From contig JBMYOQ010000026.1 of NCBI GenBank assembly GCA_049599475.1, forward strand, positions 1-47,526: DNA of 47,526 nt, written 5' to 3'. Origin of the DNA: Opitutales bacterium (lineage in GTDB: Bacteria > Verrucomicrobiota > Verrucomicrobiia > Opitutales > JABSRG01). Position 1 is the stretch's first letter. Every line of letters starts with the position of its first letter. The notes below the pieces were generated by a model, which was given only the letters and a program-made list of their open reading frames with translations, did no database searches and was not told the origin of the DNA. The translations under genes and the position numbers were made by a program. This document shows positions 1 through 9,799 of this stretch, piece after piece.

Positions 1-11
1 GTAAACGCTTC

Positions 12-89
12 TTAGACAACCTTAAGGCTCTTTAATTTTTAGAATCGGTATTAGACAACCTTAAGGCTCTTTAATTTTTAGAATCGGTA
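12..89. repeat. Perfect 39-bp tandem duplication (2 copies)
   Basis: TTAGACAACCTTAAGGCTCTTTAATTTTTAGAATCGGTA at 12-50 and again at 51-89. Confidence 0.95.
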
Positions 90-215
90 TGACATTTTGC
101 CCCCGTATTACTCCGAGGCGCCTCAACAGAGTGAGGCGGCTACAACTATCAAAATCAGTGTGAAGAGGCATAATGCGAATGCGATTCGATATAGAAGCTG
201 GCGGAGTAGAGACAC

Positions 216-250
216 AAAAAAGCCACCAGAGCTCTACTCTGGTGGCCTTT
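216..250 (-). terminator. Rho-independent terminator of the 275-871 gene
   Basis: Stem GCCACCAGAG (222-231)/CTCTGGTGGC (237-246) with a 5-nt loop; the A-run at 216-221 gives a U-tract on the minus strand. Confidence 0.85.
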
Positions 251-274
251 GTAAATTCAATCTCTACAGATCTA

Positions 275-871
275 TTACGCGTCAGTAGGAATGTCAGTTG
301 CTCCGCCTGTAGCAGGAACTCCTGGTGTTGACGGCGCAGAAGGTGCTGCTGGAGCCGAAGGTGCTGCTGGAGCCGAAGGTGCTGCTGGAGCCGAAGGTGC
401 TGCTGGAGCCGAAGGTGCTCCTCCAGAAGTAGGAGCTGGTGCTGGAGAGCTCACAGAACCTGTAGTTGGATTTGCAGTAGTTGAAGCTGCTGAAGAATCT
501 GAAGCTGAGATGGTTGCAGGAGATGAACCAGTTCCGCTAACAGTTGCAGTTCCGCTTGTTGCAACGACAGTTACTTCGCCAGTTGCAGGGCTTGTAGTCA
601 TGCTCACTGATGATCCAGCGCTGACAGAAACTGTAGAGCTACCGATTGTGACAGAAGCCTCACCTGCTACTGATCCGATTGTCGCACCTGTAGGAGCTGT
701 GAAAGACTCACCCGGCTGAACAGTCACTGTGGTAGGCTCAGAAGCGCCTTCTTCTGTGTAGGAAACGGTGACAGCTTCCGAACCTGTTGCTTCAACTGTC
801 TGTGCTGAAAGTGAAGAAACGAGGGTAAATAAAAATCCAATGAGGAGTGCTGAGATAGTTTTAGTATTCAT
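275..871 (-). CDS. Secreted Ser/Thr/Ala/Pro-rich low-complexity protein
   Basis: Signal peptide MNTKTISALLIGFLFTLVSSLSA|Q if the start is the ATG at 871 (ORF is open to 904). A beta-rich T/S/V/G segment is followed by (APSAPA)n repeats, and a terminator lies downstream. Confidence 0.8.
   Translation of the reverse strand: MNTKTISALLIGFLFTLVSSLSAQTVEATGSEAVTVSYTEEGASEPTTVTVQPGESFTAPTGATIGSVAGEASVTIGSSTVSVSAGSSVSMTTSPATGEVTVVATSGTATVSGTGSSPATISASDSSAASTTANPTTGSVSSPAPAPTSGGAPSAPAAPSAPAAPSAPAAPSAPAAPSAPSTPGVPATGGATDIPTDA
339..419. repeat. 18-bp coding tandem repeat, 4.5 copies
   Basis: GAAGGTGCTGCTGGAGCC at 339, 357, 375 and 393, plus a partial copy at 411-419; encodes APSAPA repeats on the minus strand. 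Confidence 0.95.
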
Positions 872-951
872 AAGAAGAAAATCCTGTTTACGTTTGTTTA
901 TCATCTAAAACACCAGATGCAACTCTAAATATCCTAGATTAGCTATTTGAA

Positions 952-1542
952 CTAACTTAAAGCCGATTCAGTTCTTTTGGCAAACCCATTATTGGCCTGA
1001 CCCCCATTCGAGAGAGCTCGGCTAAACACATCGGAGACGATTGATAGCACTCTTTCATTACCATGGTGCTCCTTCAGCAATCGGTCCTCAATATCCGTCC
1101 CATACGCCTCTATGAGCCGCTCAAAGCGATGCGTAACCGCCATTCTGAAAGCTTCCTGCTCACCATATTTCTCCCACGAGAAAGATGTGCATTTTTGAAC
1201 ATTCGGCTCAGGACGCCAGCTCACAGAGTAGCAGGTCAACAGATTACCGTTCGCTGATCGCTTGTCAGTTCGCGTCACACCCACAACACCCGTTCCGGAT
1301 CGCTTCGCGGAGATCTGTGGTGATCTCTTGCGTGGCTCCTTAGGCTGTTTCGCGACTGTCTCGAAAAGTTCATCTCGGTGCCTTCTCGCCTCTTCAAGTG
1401 CGGCCTCTTTGTCGCCATGCTTGCGATCACTGAAGAATTTCGAGCGCACTTTGCCGTTCCGATAGGCTCGTACATACCAACCGTGAGTCGAATCTGTATC
1501 TATCCGACTGATGCCTGGTTCTTTGAGCGAATCCGAATTCAT
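952..1542 (-). CDS. Tandem AP2-domain DNA-binding protein
   Basis: Two AP2-like motifs: GISRID..HGWYVR..KFFSDRKHGDKEAALEEARRHRD and SGTGVVGVTR..YSVSW..TSFSWEKYGEQEAFRMAVTHR. Confidence 0.75.
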   Translation of the reverse strand: MNSDSLKEPGISRIDTDSTHGWYVRAYRNGKVRSKFFSDRKHGDKEAALEEARRHRDELFETVAKQPKEPRKRSPQISAKRSGTGVVGVTRTDKRSANGNLLTCYSVSWRPEPNVQKCTSFSWEKYGEQEAFRMAVTHRFERLIEAYGTDIEDRLLKEHHGNERVLSIVSDVFSRALSNGGQANNGFAKRTESALS

Positions 1543-1650
1543 TCAAAATCACCAGTAGCTCAGTCGTCCGTATTTTCCAGTCCTCCTATAAGATTTTGAC
1601 GCAAAAATGAGGTTTTTTTTAACTAACGTTAATAAGCTAAGGGTATACAA

Positions 1651-2004
1651 TCAACCCTTGGATGGTAGCGGTTTATTATTCTCATTCAACAGTACGACCT
1701 TCGGGTCATGGCCAGCCATTTCGTCCTCATCGTAAACTGCGAAACTAGCGATGATGACCCTGTCTCCGGGCTCCGCTTTTCGCGCTGCCGCTCCATTGAG
1801 GCAAATTTCTCCAGGGCCTCCCACGATGACATAGGTCGTCAGACGCTCCCCATTGTTTATGTTGTAGACATCAACCTGCTCATACTCTTGCAGGTCAGCC
1901 ATCTTCATAAGTTCAGGATCGATCGAGATAGAACCATTATAGTGCAAGTTGGCATCCGTAACGGCAGCTCGATGGAGTTTGGATTTTAAAAGAGTACGAA
2001 GCAT
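1651..2004 (-). CDS. panD: Aspartate 1-decarboxylase
   Basis: [16 protein letters not shown], the Gly-Ser autocleavage site [16 protein letters not shown] and CLNGAAAR. Confidence 0.97.
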   Translation of the reverse strand: MLRTLLKSKLHRAAVTDANLHYNGSISIDPELMKMADLQEYEQVDVYNINNGERLTTYVIVGGPGEICLNGAAARKAEPGDRVIIASFAVYDEDEMAGHDPKVVLLNENNKPLPSKG

Positions 2005-2024
2005 ACTGAAAAAAGTAAGGTGGT

Positions 2025-2795
2025 TTAACTGTTTCTTTCTAAAGCAACACGCAAGCCTTCTAGAGTCAGGTTAGGACGGACATGGTCGAATCCAATCTCC
2101 TCTCGCAACATTGAAGCAAAGCCTCCCGTGCCTATGACGATCGGATTTTGCCCAGGGAAAACCTCCGCGGTGAGGCGTTTGATCGCTTCATTCGCGAGAC
2201 CTATCTGGCCGAGAAAAAGACCAATCTGTATATTCTGTGTAGTATCACGACCCAAGGCAAACTGAGGCACTTCTATCGAAACCGGATGCAGTTTCGCGGT
2301 CTTCGTGTATAAGGCCTCCATGCTTAAGCGCATGCCTGCTGCAATCACGCCTCCGACATATTCTCGGTCCTTGGTGATCGCGCAGAATGTCGTCGCAGTA
2401 CCAAAATCTACAATAATCAGTGGCGAACCGGGAAACGCGGCGATACCCCCAATTGCGTTCGCTATTCTATCTGCGCCCACCTCATCAGGCACCCGCGTCT
2501 TGATACTGAGCCCCGTCTTTACGCCAGCTTTCAAGATAAATGGGTCTATATCGAAAAATTGTTGGCACCCCTGCTGCAGACTCTGGAGTACCCCAGGCAC
2601 CACAGATGATATCGCGATGCGTTTTACCGCTCGAGGATCTAGGCCGCGCGTCGTGATCAAATTATATATCAATAGCCCGATTTCATCCGCTGTGGATTTG
2701 CTATGCGTAGATACTCGGAACGATTCCCCAAGCGTATCTCCTTCAAACAGCCCCAACACCATGTTGGAGTTTCCAATATCAATACAAAGGTCCAT
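2025..2795 (-). CDS. coaX: Type III pantothenate kinase
   Basis: [27 protein letters not shown] and TGG motifs; lies within the pan operon. Confidence 0.95.
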   Translation of the reverse strand: MDLCIDIGNSNMVLGLFEGDTLGESFRVSTHSKSTADEIGLLIYNLITTRGLDPRAVKRIAISSVVPGVLQSLQQGCQQFFDIDPFILKAGVKTGLSIKTRVPDEVGADRIANAIGGIAAFPGSPLIIVDFGTATTFCAITKDREYVGGVIAAGMRLSMEALYTKTAKLHPVSIEVPQFALGRDTTQNIQIGLFLGQIGLANEAIKRLTAEVFPGQNPIVIGTGGFASMLREEIGFDHVRPNLTLEGLRVALERNS

Positions 2796-2796
2796 A

Positions 2797-3555
2797 TCAG
2801 CGCAAAATTTCCAAATTATCGATTAGGCGCACCCCATCGAGCTGCACAGCACCAAACCGTCGCCCCCAATGCTCTTCTATATACTCCACAGAGAATCCTG
2901 CAGCCTTCAGTGCGCGGCTAGCTTCGGCTGCATTTCCAGCCGTGGACAGTTGGTGATGTAGGTCTGGGGCCCGCTTGCGTCCTCCATCAGTCAAGCGGCG
3001 ATTTCGAGAGCTAAAAGCCAATCCGTCCGCCTCTCGCACTGTCGCGCAGGGCACGATCTCACATTCCAAAAAGAAGGCTTTCGCCATCCTCTCGATAAGC
3101 AAAAACTGTTGGTAATCCTTCTCACCAAAAAACGCGTGAGTCGGATTCACAATATTAAGCAATTTCATCACAACTGTGAGCACTCCATCAAAATGCCCAG
3201 GACGTTCACGCCCCTCCATTTCGCGACTCACAACACTCTCCGACAGCTTAAACGACCGACCATCTGCATAGATCTCGTTTTCATCGGGGATAAATACAGC
3301 ATTCGCTCCCGCAGCCTCGGACTTTTCTAAGTCCGCGTCCAATGTCACCGGATACGCCTCGAAATCGCTTGGATCGTTGAACTGAGTTGGATTTACGAAA
3401 ATGCTCACAACCGAGGCATCACAAGTATCAGAAGCGCGCCTGATCAATGACTCGTGCCCGAGGTGAAGGGCTCCCATTGTCGGCACAAATCCACAGCTCC
3501 CGGCGACACGCGATCTCCATGCCCTGACCTCCTGGACTGACTTCAAAATCTCCAT
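2797..3555 (-). CDS. panC: Pantoate--beta-alanine ligase
   Basis: FVPTMGALHLGH, SIFVNPTQF, RPGHFDGV, FGEKDYQQ, SSRN and RLIDN motifs. The ATG at 3555 overlaps the panB stop (TGATG). Confidence 0.96.
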   Translation of the reverse strand: MEILKSVQEVRAWRSRVAGSCGFVPTMGALHLGHESLIRRASDTCDASVVSIFVNPTQFNDPSDFEAYPVTLDADLEKSEAAGANAVFIPDENEIYADGRSFKLSESVVSREMEGRERPGHFDGVLTVVMKLLNIVNPTHAFFGEKDYQQFLLIERMAKAFFLECEIVPCATVREADGLAFSSRNRRLTDGGRKRAPDLHHQLSTAGNAAEASRALKAAGFSVEYIEEHWGRRFGAVQLDGVRLIDNLEILR

Positions 3556-4346
3556 CACTCGTAAGACTCCTCTGGCGCAGGGAACGAGCCGTCCCGCACT
3601 GCTCCGACATAGGCACTCACGGCCGTACTGACTGCTTCGCCCACATTGGCAAACTTCCGGACAAAGCGCGGACTCCGACCCATCGTCATCCCCAACAAAT
3701 CCTGAAGGACAAGCACCTGCCCATCCATAGAGGCACCCGCTCCGATGCCGATTGTGACAATCCCCTCGGACTCCGCCTGTAGTGCCTGGGCCGCCTCTGA
3801 AGTAATGCATTCAAACACAACCGCGAAACACCCCAAGGCCTTCAGTTGGGACAGCTCTTGCAGCATGGACTCAATCGCAACATCCGACTTACCCTGCAGC
3901 TTATAGCCGCCCAGCTTATTGATGTGCTGAGGCGTGAGCCCTAAGTGACCAACAACCGGTATGCCCGCATCGATGGCACGCGCTATATTGTCATTTTGCA
4001 GGCCGACCCCTTCGACCTTAATCGCCTGAGCACCGGCGCGAACAAGCCCGCTCACGGCTTCCATAAAGGCTGTCGCATCCTTATGAGCCCAACCAAACGG
4101 CACGTCTGCGATAATGAATTTATCAGGAGCACCCCGAGCCACCGATTCTACGAAAAACTGGGCAGCATCCAGAGTCATCCGCGCGGTCTCGGGATACCCC
4201 TGCATCACCATTGCGGCAGAATCCCCTACCAAGATTGCGTCCAGATCGGATTCGTTCAATATGCGCGCAAAGGACCAATCGTAGCACGTCGCTACCGATA
4301 TCTTCTCACCCTTGCGTTTTTTTCGAGCAAGTTTTGAAACGCTCAT
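3555..4346 (-). CDS. panB: 3-methyl-2-oxobutanoate hydroxymethyltransferase
   Basis: TCYD, ILVGDS, ADVPF, IKVEG, GHLGLTPQ, IGIGAG and DGQVLVLQDLLG motifs. Confidence 0.97.
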   Translation of the reverse strand: MSVSKLARKKRKGEKISVATCYDWSFARILNESDLDAILVGDSAAMVMQGYPETARMTLDAAQFFVESVARGAPDKFIIADVPFGWAHKDATAFMEAVSGLVRAGAQAIKVEGVGLQNDNIARAIDAGIPVVGHLGLTPQHINKLGGYKLQGKSDVAIESMLQELSQLKALGCFAVVFECITSEAAQALQAESEGIVTIGIGAGASMDGQVLVLQDLLGMTMGRSPRFVRKFANVGEAVSTAVSAYVGAVRDGSFPAPEESYE

Positions 4347-4679
4347 TGTCCGCCAAGCGCGTCGAATCTAGCGACTATTGAGTCGTAGAGCGTGAAACCT
4401 ACAAATGCGTAATGTTCTAGAAGAAATACCTGTCTCATAGATCAAGTTCTCGTCATTAATTTTTGATAATCTGTTATATGCTGATCGCGTCACTGCTAGG
4501 ATCAGTCAGTGCGCGAAGTGTTTTCCTACACAAAAATAAAGGAAAATTAAAGCTGAATAATATTCCCTCGCACCGTGGAGCCCTTCTATCCTTGAGCGAA
4601 GTCTTGCAAATCGCCGCCAATTCGGTTCGGAATCATAGAGCAGGCTTCCTTCAACCGAAACGAGCCCTATAAGACACTT

Positions 4680-6224
4680 ATGGCCAATCCATCCGCTACG
4701 ATCCTAATCATCGACGACGACAACGAGATCCGCTACTCGCTCAACCGCGTGCTCGGCAGCCGAGGCTACAATATCGTCGAAGCCGCCAGCGGCGAAGAAG
4801 GCATTGAAGTCGCAGAGAAGGAACAGCCAGACGTCATATTCCTGGACAACCGCATGGAGGGCATGCCCGGTATCGAAGCGCTACAGCATCTGCGTTCCGT
4901 AGTACCTGAGTCGATGATTGTCCTCATGACCGCGTATGGCACGACGCAAACCGCGATCGAAGCCATGAAATATGGGGCCTTCGACTACATCATCAAGCCA
5001 TTCGACATTAAGAAAGTCGTCGCGCTCGCAGAAGGCGCTGTAACCGCTCGCCTAGACCTCAAAAAGACTGACCTTGATCCAGCTCCACTCTTCAATGTAG
5101 ACGACTACAAAGAAGGCATCGTCGGCAACTCCGAGCCGATGCAGGAAGTGTTTAAGACGATCGGTCAGGTCGCCGCCAGCGATGTAACCGTTCTCATCAC
5201 AGGAGAAAGCGGCACTGGTAAAGAGCTGGTAGCCCGCTGCATTTACCAACACAGCCACCGCTCTGGCCACCCATTCATCGCGGTAAATTGCGCAGCGATC
5301 CCGGAGAACCTGATCGAGAGTGAACTATTTGGCCACGAGAAAGGGAGTTTCACAGGAGCTACCTCACAGCGAATCGGTAAGTTCGAACTCTGCGACGGGG
5401 GCACCATCTTCCTCGACGAGATCGGAGACATGGCCCTGCCGACACAGACCAAGATCCTGCGCGCATTACAAGAGGGGGAAATCCAACGAGTCGGCGGTTC
5501 CGGCACGATCAAAGTAGATGTCCGCTTGATCACTGCGACTAATAAACCTCTTGAGGAGATGGTTGCGGAGAAAACTTTCCGGGAAGATTTGTACTACCGT
5601 CTCAACGTGGTACGTATTCGTCTCCCGAGCTTGCGCGAGCGCCTTTCCGACATCCCGCAACTGGTCAATTTCATGATCCAGCGCCTCAACAAGGAGCGCA
5701 AGTCGCACGTAAAACGCGTCAGCAGCGAGGCAATGTCTGTCCTCTCACTACATAAGTGGCCTGGAAATGTTCGCGAACTCGAAAACGTGATCTACCGCAG
5801 CGCGGTAATCGCTGGCGGAGACGCTATTTTGGTGAAAGACCTCCCAATGGAGGTTCGCAGCTCGGCTGAGGGCGCCACGCGCTCACCCTTCTCTGCAGGA
5901 AGCCTAACGCTTGTAAGCGAAGAGGGAGAATCCGAGCAATCCGGAGAAACCAGTGAAACCTCACCGGAAGAGACGGAATCCGTCTCAGCCGAAGAATCCG
6001 GACAGCAAATTCGCTCGATAGACAACATCTATGACGAGCTCTACGACGCATTGACCCGGGAGAAAATCGAGGGAGGCGTCCTATCTCATATCGAACATGC
6101 AATGGTCTTGAGAGCCCTTGAAGCGAACGGAGGCAATCAGGTAAAAGCGTCCCAAGTCCTCGGCATGACGCGAACAACTCTCCGTAAGCGCATCGAGCAA
6201 AACGATATTCGGGTAGGTTCCTGA
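4680..6224 (+). CDS. Sigma-54-dependent response regulator (NtrC family: REC-AAA+-Fis HTH)
   Basis: Receiver domain (IIDDD, FLDNRM), Walker [15 protein letters not shown] loop, [25 protein letters not shown] and a C-terminal HTH ([21 protein letters not shown]). Confidence 0.95.
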   Translation: MANPSATILIIDDDNEIRYSLNRVLGSRGYNIVEAASGEEGIEVAEKEQPDVIFLDNRMEGMPGIEALQHLRSVVPESMIVLMTAYGTTQTAIEAMKYGAFDYIIKPFDIKKVVALAEGAVTARLDLKKTDLDPAPLFNVDDYKEGIVGNSEPMQEVFKTIGQVAASDVTVLITGESGTGKELVARCIYQHSHRSGHPFIAVNCAAIPENLIESELFGHEKGSFTGATSQRIGKFELCDGGTIFLDEIGDMALPTQTKILRALQEGEIQRVGGSGTIKVDVRLITATNKPLEEMVAEKTFREDLYYRLNVVRIRLPSLRERLSDIPQLVNFMIQRLNKERKSHVKRVSSEAMSVLSLHKWPGNVRELENVIYRSAVIAGGDAILVKDLPMEVRSSAEGATRSPFSAGSLTLVSEEGESEQSGETSETSPEETESVSAEESGQQIRSIDNIYDELYDALTREKIEGGVLSHIEHAMVLRALEANGGNQVKASQVLGMTRTTLRKRIEQNDIRVGS

Positions 6225-6234
6225 CGCCGCACCC

Positions 6235-8232
6235 TTACACGTAAGGCTCCTGGAGCATCTCATCCTTCTCATGCAAGGAGCGGCGGAGCTTGCCTATTCG
6301 GGAACTCAAAAGACTGCGCTGGTTTTCAAGGTCAGAAATGCGCAACATGAGCATCCTCTGTTTCTGCTGACTCTCAGCCGACTCAAACGGGTTGGGCGTC
6401 GCCGAAGCAGCCGCCGCGGCCAAGGCTTTGGTATGTCCTGAATATGGCATAAAGAGACCATAAACCATCAAGGCCAGCGCCACAGCACTGAGCGGTATCG
6501 TATACGGCCCCTGAAACAGGACGCTGAAATACATGATAATAATCCCGATGATTTCACAAATCACCGCGGACGCGAGCCGGCTTCCCTTGTCTACATTCTC
6601 CGGCAAGTTTCGCTTATTGTTCCTACGCTTGCGCCACTTTTCTGCCTTCTCGTGTACCGCCTCAATCTGTTTTTTAAGCTTCGCGGAGTCTTGCCTTGTA
6701 CGCTCGAGCTTCTTTTTCTCCTGCTCGATCGAATTCTGAAGATTCGTGATATCATCCTGCACCTTTTCCTCTGTGCGCCCCCAGATCACCTTCAGTTTAT
6801 CACGCGTCTCGCCACCTTCTTCGATAGAGAGCAACTCCCGATAAGCTGAGATATCTTCTTTAGTCCGAGCTGTCAGCCGAAGGTTAAACTTGGTGTTCAC
6901 GAAGAAATCGCGATCTCGCTCAAGCACCTGCTTCACCTTTCTGAAATCTTCCGGAAACAGCTGCTTGGCCAAGTCCTCATTCATGTATTCACAGATCGAG
7001 AGTTTACTGAGCCATTGCCGACTGTCTTCTCGGGGAATTCGTGCACATATAGCCTTAAATCTCTCTGCTTTATTTAAATATTCCTGATGCAGCTTCGCAT
7101 CATTTCTCTGATGATACTCTTGCAAGAAATTCGCATAATAATCTGCCATGTGATACCCGCCTCGACTCAAAGTCTCGTCGACGAATTGAGAGTTTTTGAG
7201 CACCGCTGCCGCAACTCGAGGCGCATCATTGGGCGAGTGAAACATCATCATCGATTCCGCACTGATAAACGGACAGTAGGCCGCCTGAATCATCCACTTT
7301 TGCTGTTCAGGCTCTTTGCCTCTGAAAATCTTGGCAACCACTGTCGATAACTCAGATTCGTGCTTCTGAGTGACCATCGTCTGGATCTCCTGCGCCACCT
7401 TTGAGGGAAGGCCGCGGGTCTTATTATGAACTACGAGGTCCTTGTCTATCGATAGACCACGACGTTCCAACATCCCTTGAATCTCGCCCAGAGTAAAGGG
7501 CTCGATGCGCTGCTCCACAGGTCGCTCACCGATGGGAAACTTTATAGATTTCAATTTTGCTTCATCAGAAGCTGTCACGATCAATCGCAAATCCTTGCGC
7601 TGAGATTCATAGAATAGCAGCGGCATGAACTCTTTAGTAACCCAACGAAGGAACTCGTCTTTGGCCTTATCCACATCATCCAAGACTATCGTAATTCTTG
7701 GATTTTGCAGAAAGCTTCCATCAGTCCCGGCTAAGTTATTAAAGACAAAATAGTCCTCGAGCAATTGGACCCAAATTCGCGTTTTCTCAGACGCCCTGGC
7801 CGAGCGGACTGAAAAATCCTCATCGTCGGCGATACGGGAATGTGATTGCTCATCTTCCTCTTCTGCAAGGGACCCGTCCTCGAGCGAATCTACTCCGAAA
7901 TCCGACAGGGCCACACGTCCCGCCTCCCGAGCAAATGTTGATACCATTCGCTTATGCTCATCGCGGTTCGCCATGAGGCCCTTTGTAAAGGCTTCGCGTG
8001 CACGCGCTCCCGAGCCCACCTCCTGGATCTTGGAAACCCGCAGCCATAGGTGTGGCTGAGCGCTATTATCAAGCATACGCCACAGTTCATCCAGAACCGC
8101 TGTCTTCCCCACTCCAGGATCCCCATAGAGGAACATGAGGCGGTGAGAATCCACAGCATTACCCGGCTTGCCGAGCTCCTCTTGCAAGTCTTCGAGTATA
8201 CGGGTCCGTCCTATGAACTGAAACTCCTCCAT
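6235..8232 (-). CDS. STAND-like P-loop NTPase with C-terminal coiled coils and two TM helices
   Basis: FIGR, Walker A GDPGVGKT, Walker B ITIVLDDVD, LIVTAS and TRGLP. Two hydrophobic helices are flanked by E/K/Q-rich heptad segments. Start placed at ATG 8232; the ORF is open to TTG 8265. Confidence 0.7.
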   Translation of the reverse strand: MEEFQFIGRTRILEDLQEELGKPGNAVDSHRLMFLYGDPGVGKTAVLDELWRMLDNSAQPHLWLRVSKIQEVGSGARAREAFTKGLMANRDEHKRMVSTFAREAGRVALSDFGVDSLEDGSLAEEEDEQSHSRIADDEDFSVRSARASEKTRIWVQLLEDYFVFNNLAGTDGSFLQNPRITIVLDDVDKAKDEFLRWVTKEFMPLLFYESQRKDLRLIVTASDEAKLKSIKFPIGERPVEQRIEPFTLGEIQGMLERRGLSIDKDLVVHNKTRGLPSKVAQEIQTMVTQKHESELSTVVAKIFRGKEPEQQKWMIQAAYCPFISAESMMMFHSPNDAPRVAAAVLKNSQFVDETLSRGGYHMADYYANFLQEYHQRNDAKLHQEYLNKAERFKAICARIPREDSRQWLSKLSICEYMNEDLAKQLFPEDFRKVKQVLERDRDFFVNTKFNLRLTARTKEDISAYRELLSIEEGGETRDKLKVIWGRTEEKVQDDITNLQNSIEQEKKKLERTRQDSAKLKKQIEAVHEKAEKWRKRRNNKRNLPENVDKGSRLASAVICEIIGIIIMYFSVLFQGPYTIPLSAVALALMVYGLFMPYSGHTKALAAAAASATPNPFESAESQQKQRMLMLRISDLENQRSLLSSRIGKLRRSLHEKDEMLQEPYV

Positions 8233-8296
8233 GAGCAGGTACAGAAAGTCGCCAAACCCGCTCAAATATTGAGGACAATGCCCAATCCCAGCACAG

Positions 8297-8333
8297 AAAA
8301 AAAGAGGGTTAACTGATAATCAATTAGCCCTCT
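8297..8333 (-). terminator. Probable Rho-independent terminator
   Basis: Imperfect stem GAGGGTTAA.TGA/TCA.TTAGCCCTC preceded by A7 (U-tract on the minus strand), just downstream of the 8341 stop. Confidence 0.65.
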
Positions 8334-8340
8334 CAAATAC

Positions 8341-8823
8341 CTAAAAGCCTTTCGCTTGTAGCTGCCTCTGGAGTTCTGTCTGAAACTCAGCAACATCGGC
8401 CTCAGGCGGCGAGTAGCCTTCCGGCGTATCCGACCCCGGAATCAGGCCTAAACGCCCCATCTGATCGAGCTGCCAGCCCAAGCTCTGACCGTCCGAGAAA
8501 GTCACCTCGCCACTCACCATCGCACCGGGTCGCTGCAAAGTATCCAGCGTGACGGATACTGAGCCGGGCGCGTCCAAGACCACTTCTGCCTCTTCAGGCA
8601 CAGCCTCTTCCGTGGACTCCGCCGCACCTTCACTGTCGTCTTCAGCTTCCTCCGCTTTCGCCTCAGTCACCTCAAGATCCAGATCATCAATGAGGAATCG
8701 GAGCTCCATATAAGTCATTCCAATGCCCATTTCTGAAGAAATCCGTTTCTGGATATCTGAAAGAGAAATACCCGCTGCTAGCCATTCTGCGAGCTGCGCT
8801 TTCTGTTCTGGCTTCAAAGTCAT
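8341..8823 (-). CDS. Acidic hypothetical protein (N-terminal HTH-like segment, acidic linker, beta-rich C-terminal domain)
   Basis: ORF from ATG 8823 (MTLKPEQKAQLAEWLAAGISLSDIQKRI) with protein-like composition and a downstream terminator. Confidence 0.8.
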   Translation of the reverse strand: MTLKPEQKAQLAEWLAAGISLSDIQKRISSEMGIGMTYMELRFLIDDLDLEVTEAKAEEAEDDSEGAAESTEEAVPEEAEVVLDAPGSVSVTLDTLQRPGAMVSGEVTFSDGQSLGWQLDQMGRLGLIPGSDTPEGYSPPEADVAEFQTELQRQLQAKGF

Positions 8824-9058
8824 GACGCAGAGAATTACCAAGCTGAAGACGGACTCAACAAGAATACTTTGGAAGATCCGCATTCGGAGGTAATTTTCAT
8901 CCGTGTTCGACCCTTTCTCAAAATCGTTTTTGGCAAACAAATGGTAGGGCGCACCGCTTCCGATGAGCGATGATTCTATTCGACTTACTGAATGGAAGTG
9001 ACGCAGGATTACTCAGGTTTTCAAAACCCTAAAGATGAAGTATCGATCCGCCCAAGTC

Positions 9059-9565
9059 CTAGTCTCGAAGATAGATGACGTAAACAGAGTGATCGATAAT
9101 CTGAAATTTGAATATAAAACGATAGCTCGCGCGGTTGAGCCATTCTGCAAGTTCGAGCTCTTGAAGTCGGCGAGGAGGTCGCAAACGACAGTTGATCTCG
9201 TCTCGGCTCAGGATATTTCGAAAACATCCTGCGACCTGATTAGTCAGCTCATTGGTCGACTCGTTTATCAAGTCATTCCCCTCAAAAGCCGCCATCTTGA
9301 CTTCATCTACACCAAGGGTCGTGTGCGCGACAAACTCCGCAACCGCTGCCCGAAAAGGTAGAATGATATGAGCCTCATGATCGCCATAAACAGTCACCTC
9401 TTTGAGGTACCGCTTCTCCTCGCGGACAAGTCCATCCACGATAAATTCTCTGAGCGTCATTTGCCCAATCTGAGTCAACTCTGTGGCGAGCGCTGATTCG
9501 AAAATGTGCCTCGCAGAACCTACAACAATCCGCGGAATATCAATTTGAGTATCCGTATCCGACAT
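9059..9565 (-). CDS. CheX/CheC-like chemotaxis phosphatase family protein
   Basis: ExxN motif in INESTNELTNQVAGCF followed by RLRPP; CheX-like size; preceded by a sigma-28-like promoter. Start is 9565 or 9577. Confidence 0.6.
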   Translation of the reverse strand: MSDTDTQIDIPRIVVGSARHIFESALATELTQIGQMTLREFIVDGLVREEKRYLKEVTVYGDHEAHIILPFRAAVAEFVAHTTLGVDEVKMAAFEGNDLINESTNELTNQVAGCFRNILSRDEINCRLRPPRRLQELELAEWLNRASYRFIFKFQIIDHSVYVIYLRD

Positions 9566-9577
9566 AGTGATGTGCAT

Positions 9578-9604
9578 ATGTCGGCAAAGACTTGTCTACT
9601 TTGA
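9578..9604 (-). promoter_or_regulatory. Sigma-28 (FliA)-like promoter
   Basis: Minus strand reads TCAA-N15-GCCGACAT, against the consensus TAAA-N15-GCCGATAA. Confidence 0.6.
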
Positions 9605-9799
9605 GATAAACTCAGAAGAAGAGTGAATCACCAGAAACGAAGATTTGTCTCAATTCATTTCAACTACGCTATTCTATTAGCAATCCATCCAATTTGTTCG
9701 CCGCTAACACAATCTGAAATAATTCCGACAACTTAAAGGATTCTACACACAAGCAGGGTCTTACATAGCATTTTTAACTCAAAGCCCCCGGTCACCCTT

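Noticed and set aside
291..719. 142-aa plus-strand ORF with GAAGAE repeats (collagen-like look)
   Set aside because: Antisense of the signal-peptide-bearing minus-strand gene, which owns the terminator.
3556..3810. Cys-rich 85-aa N-terminal extension of PanC
   Set aside because: An alternative frame inside panB; PanC homology begins at MEILK (3555).
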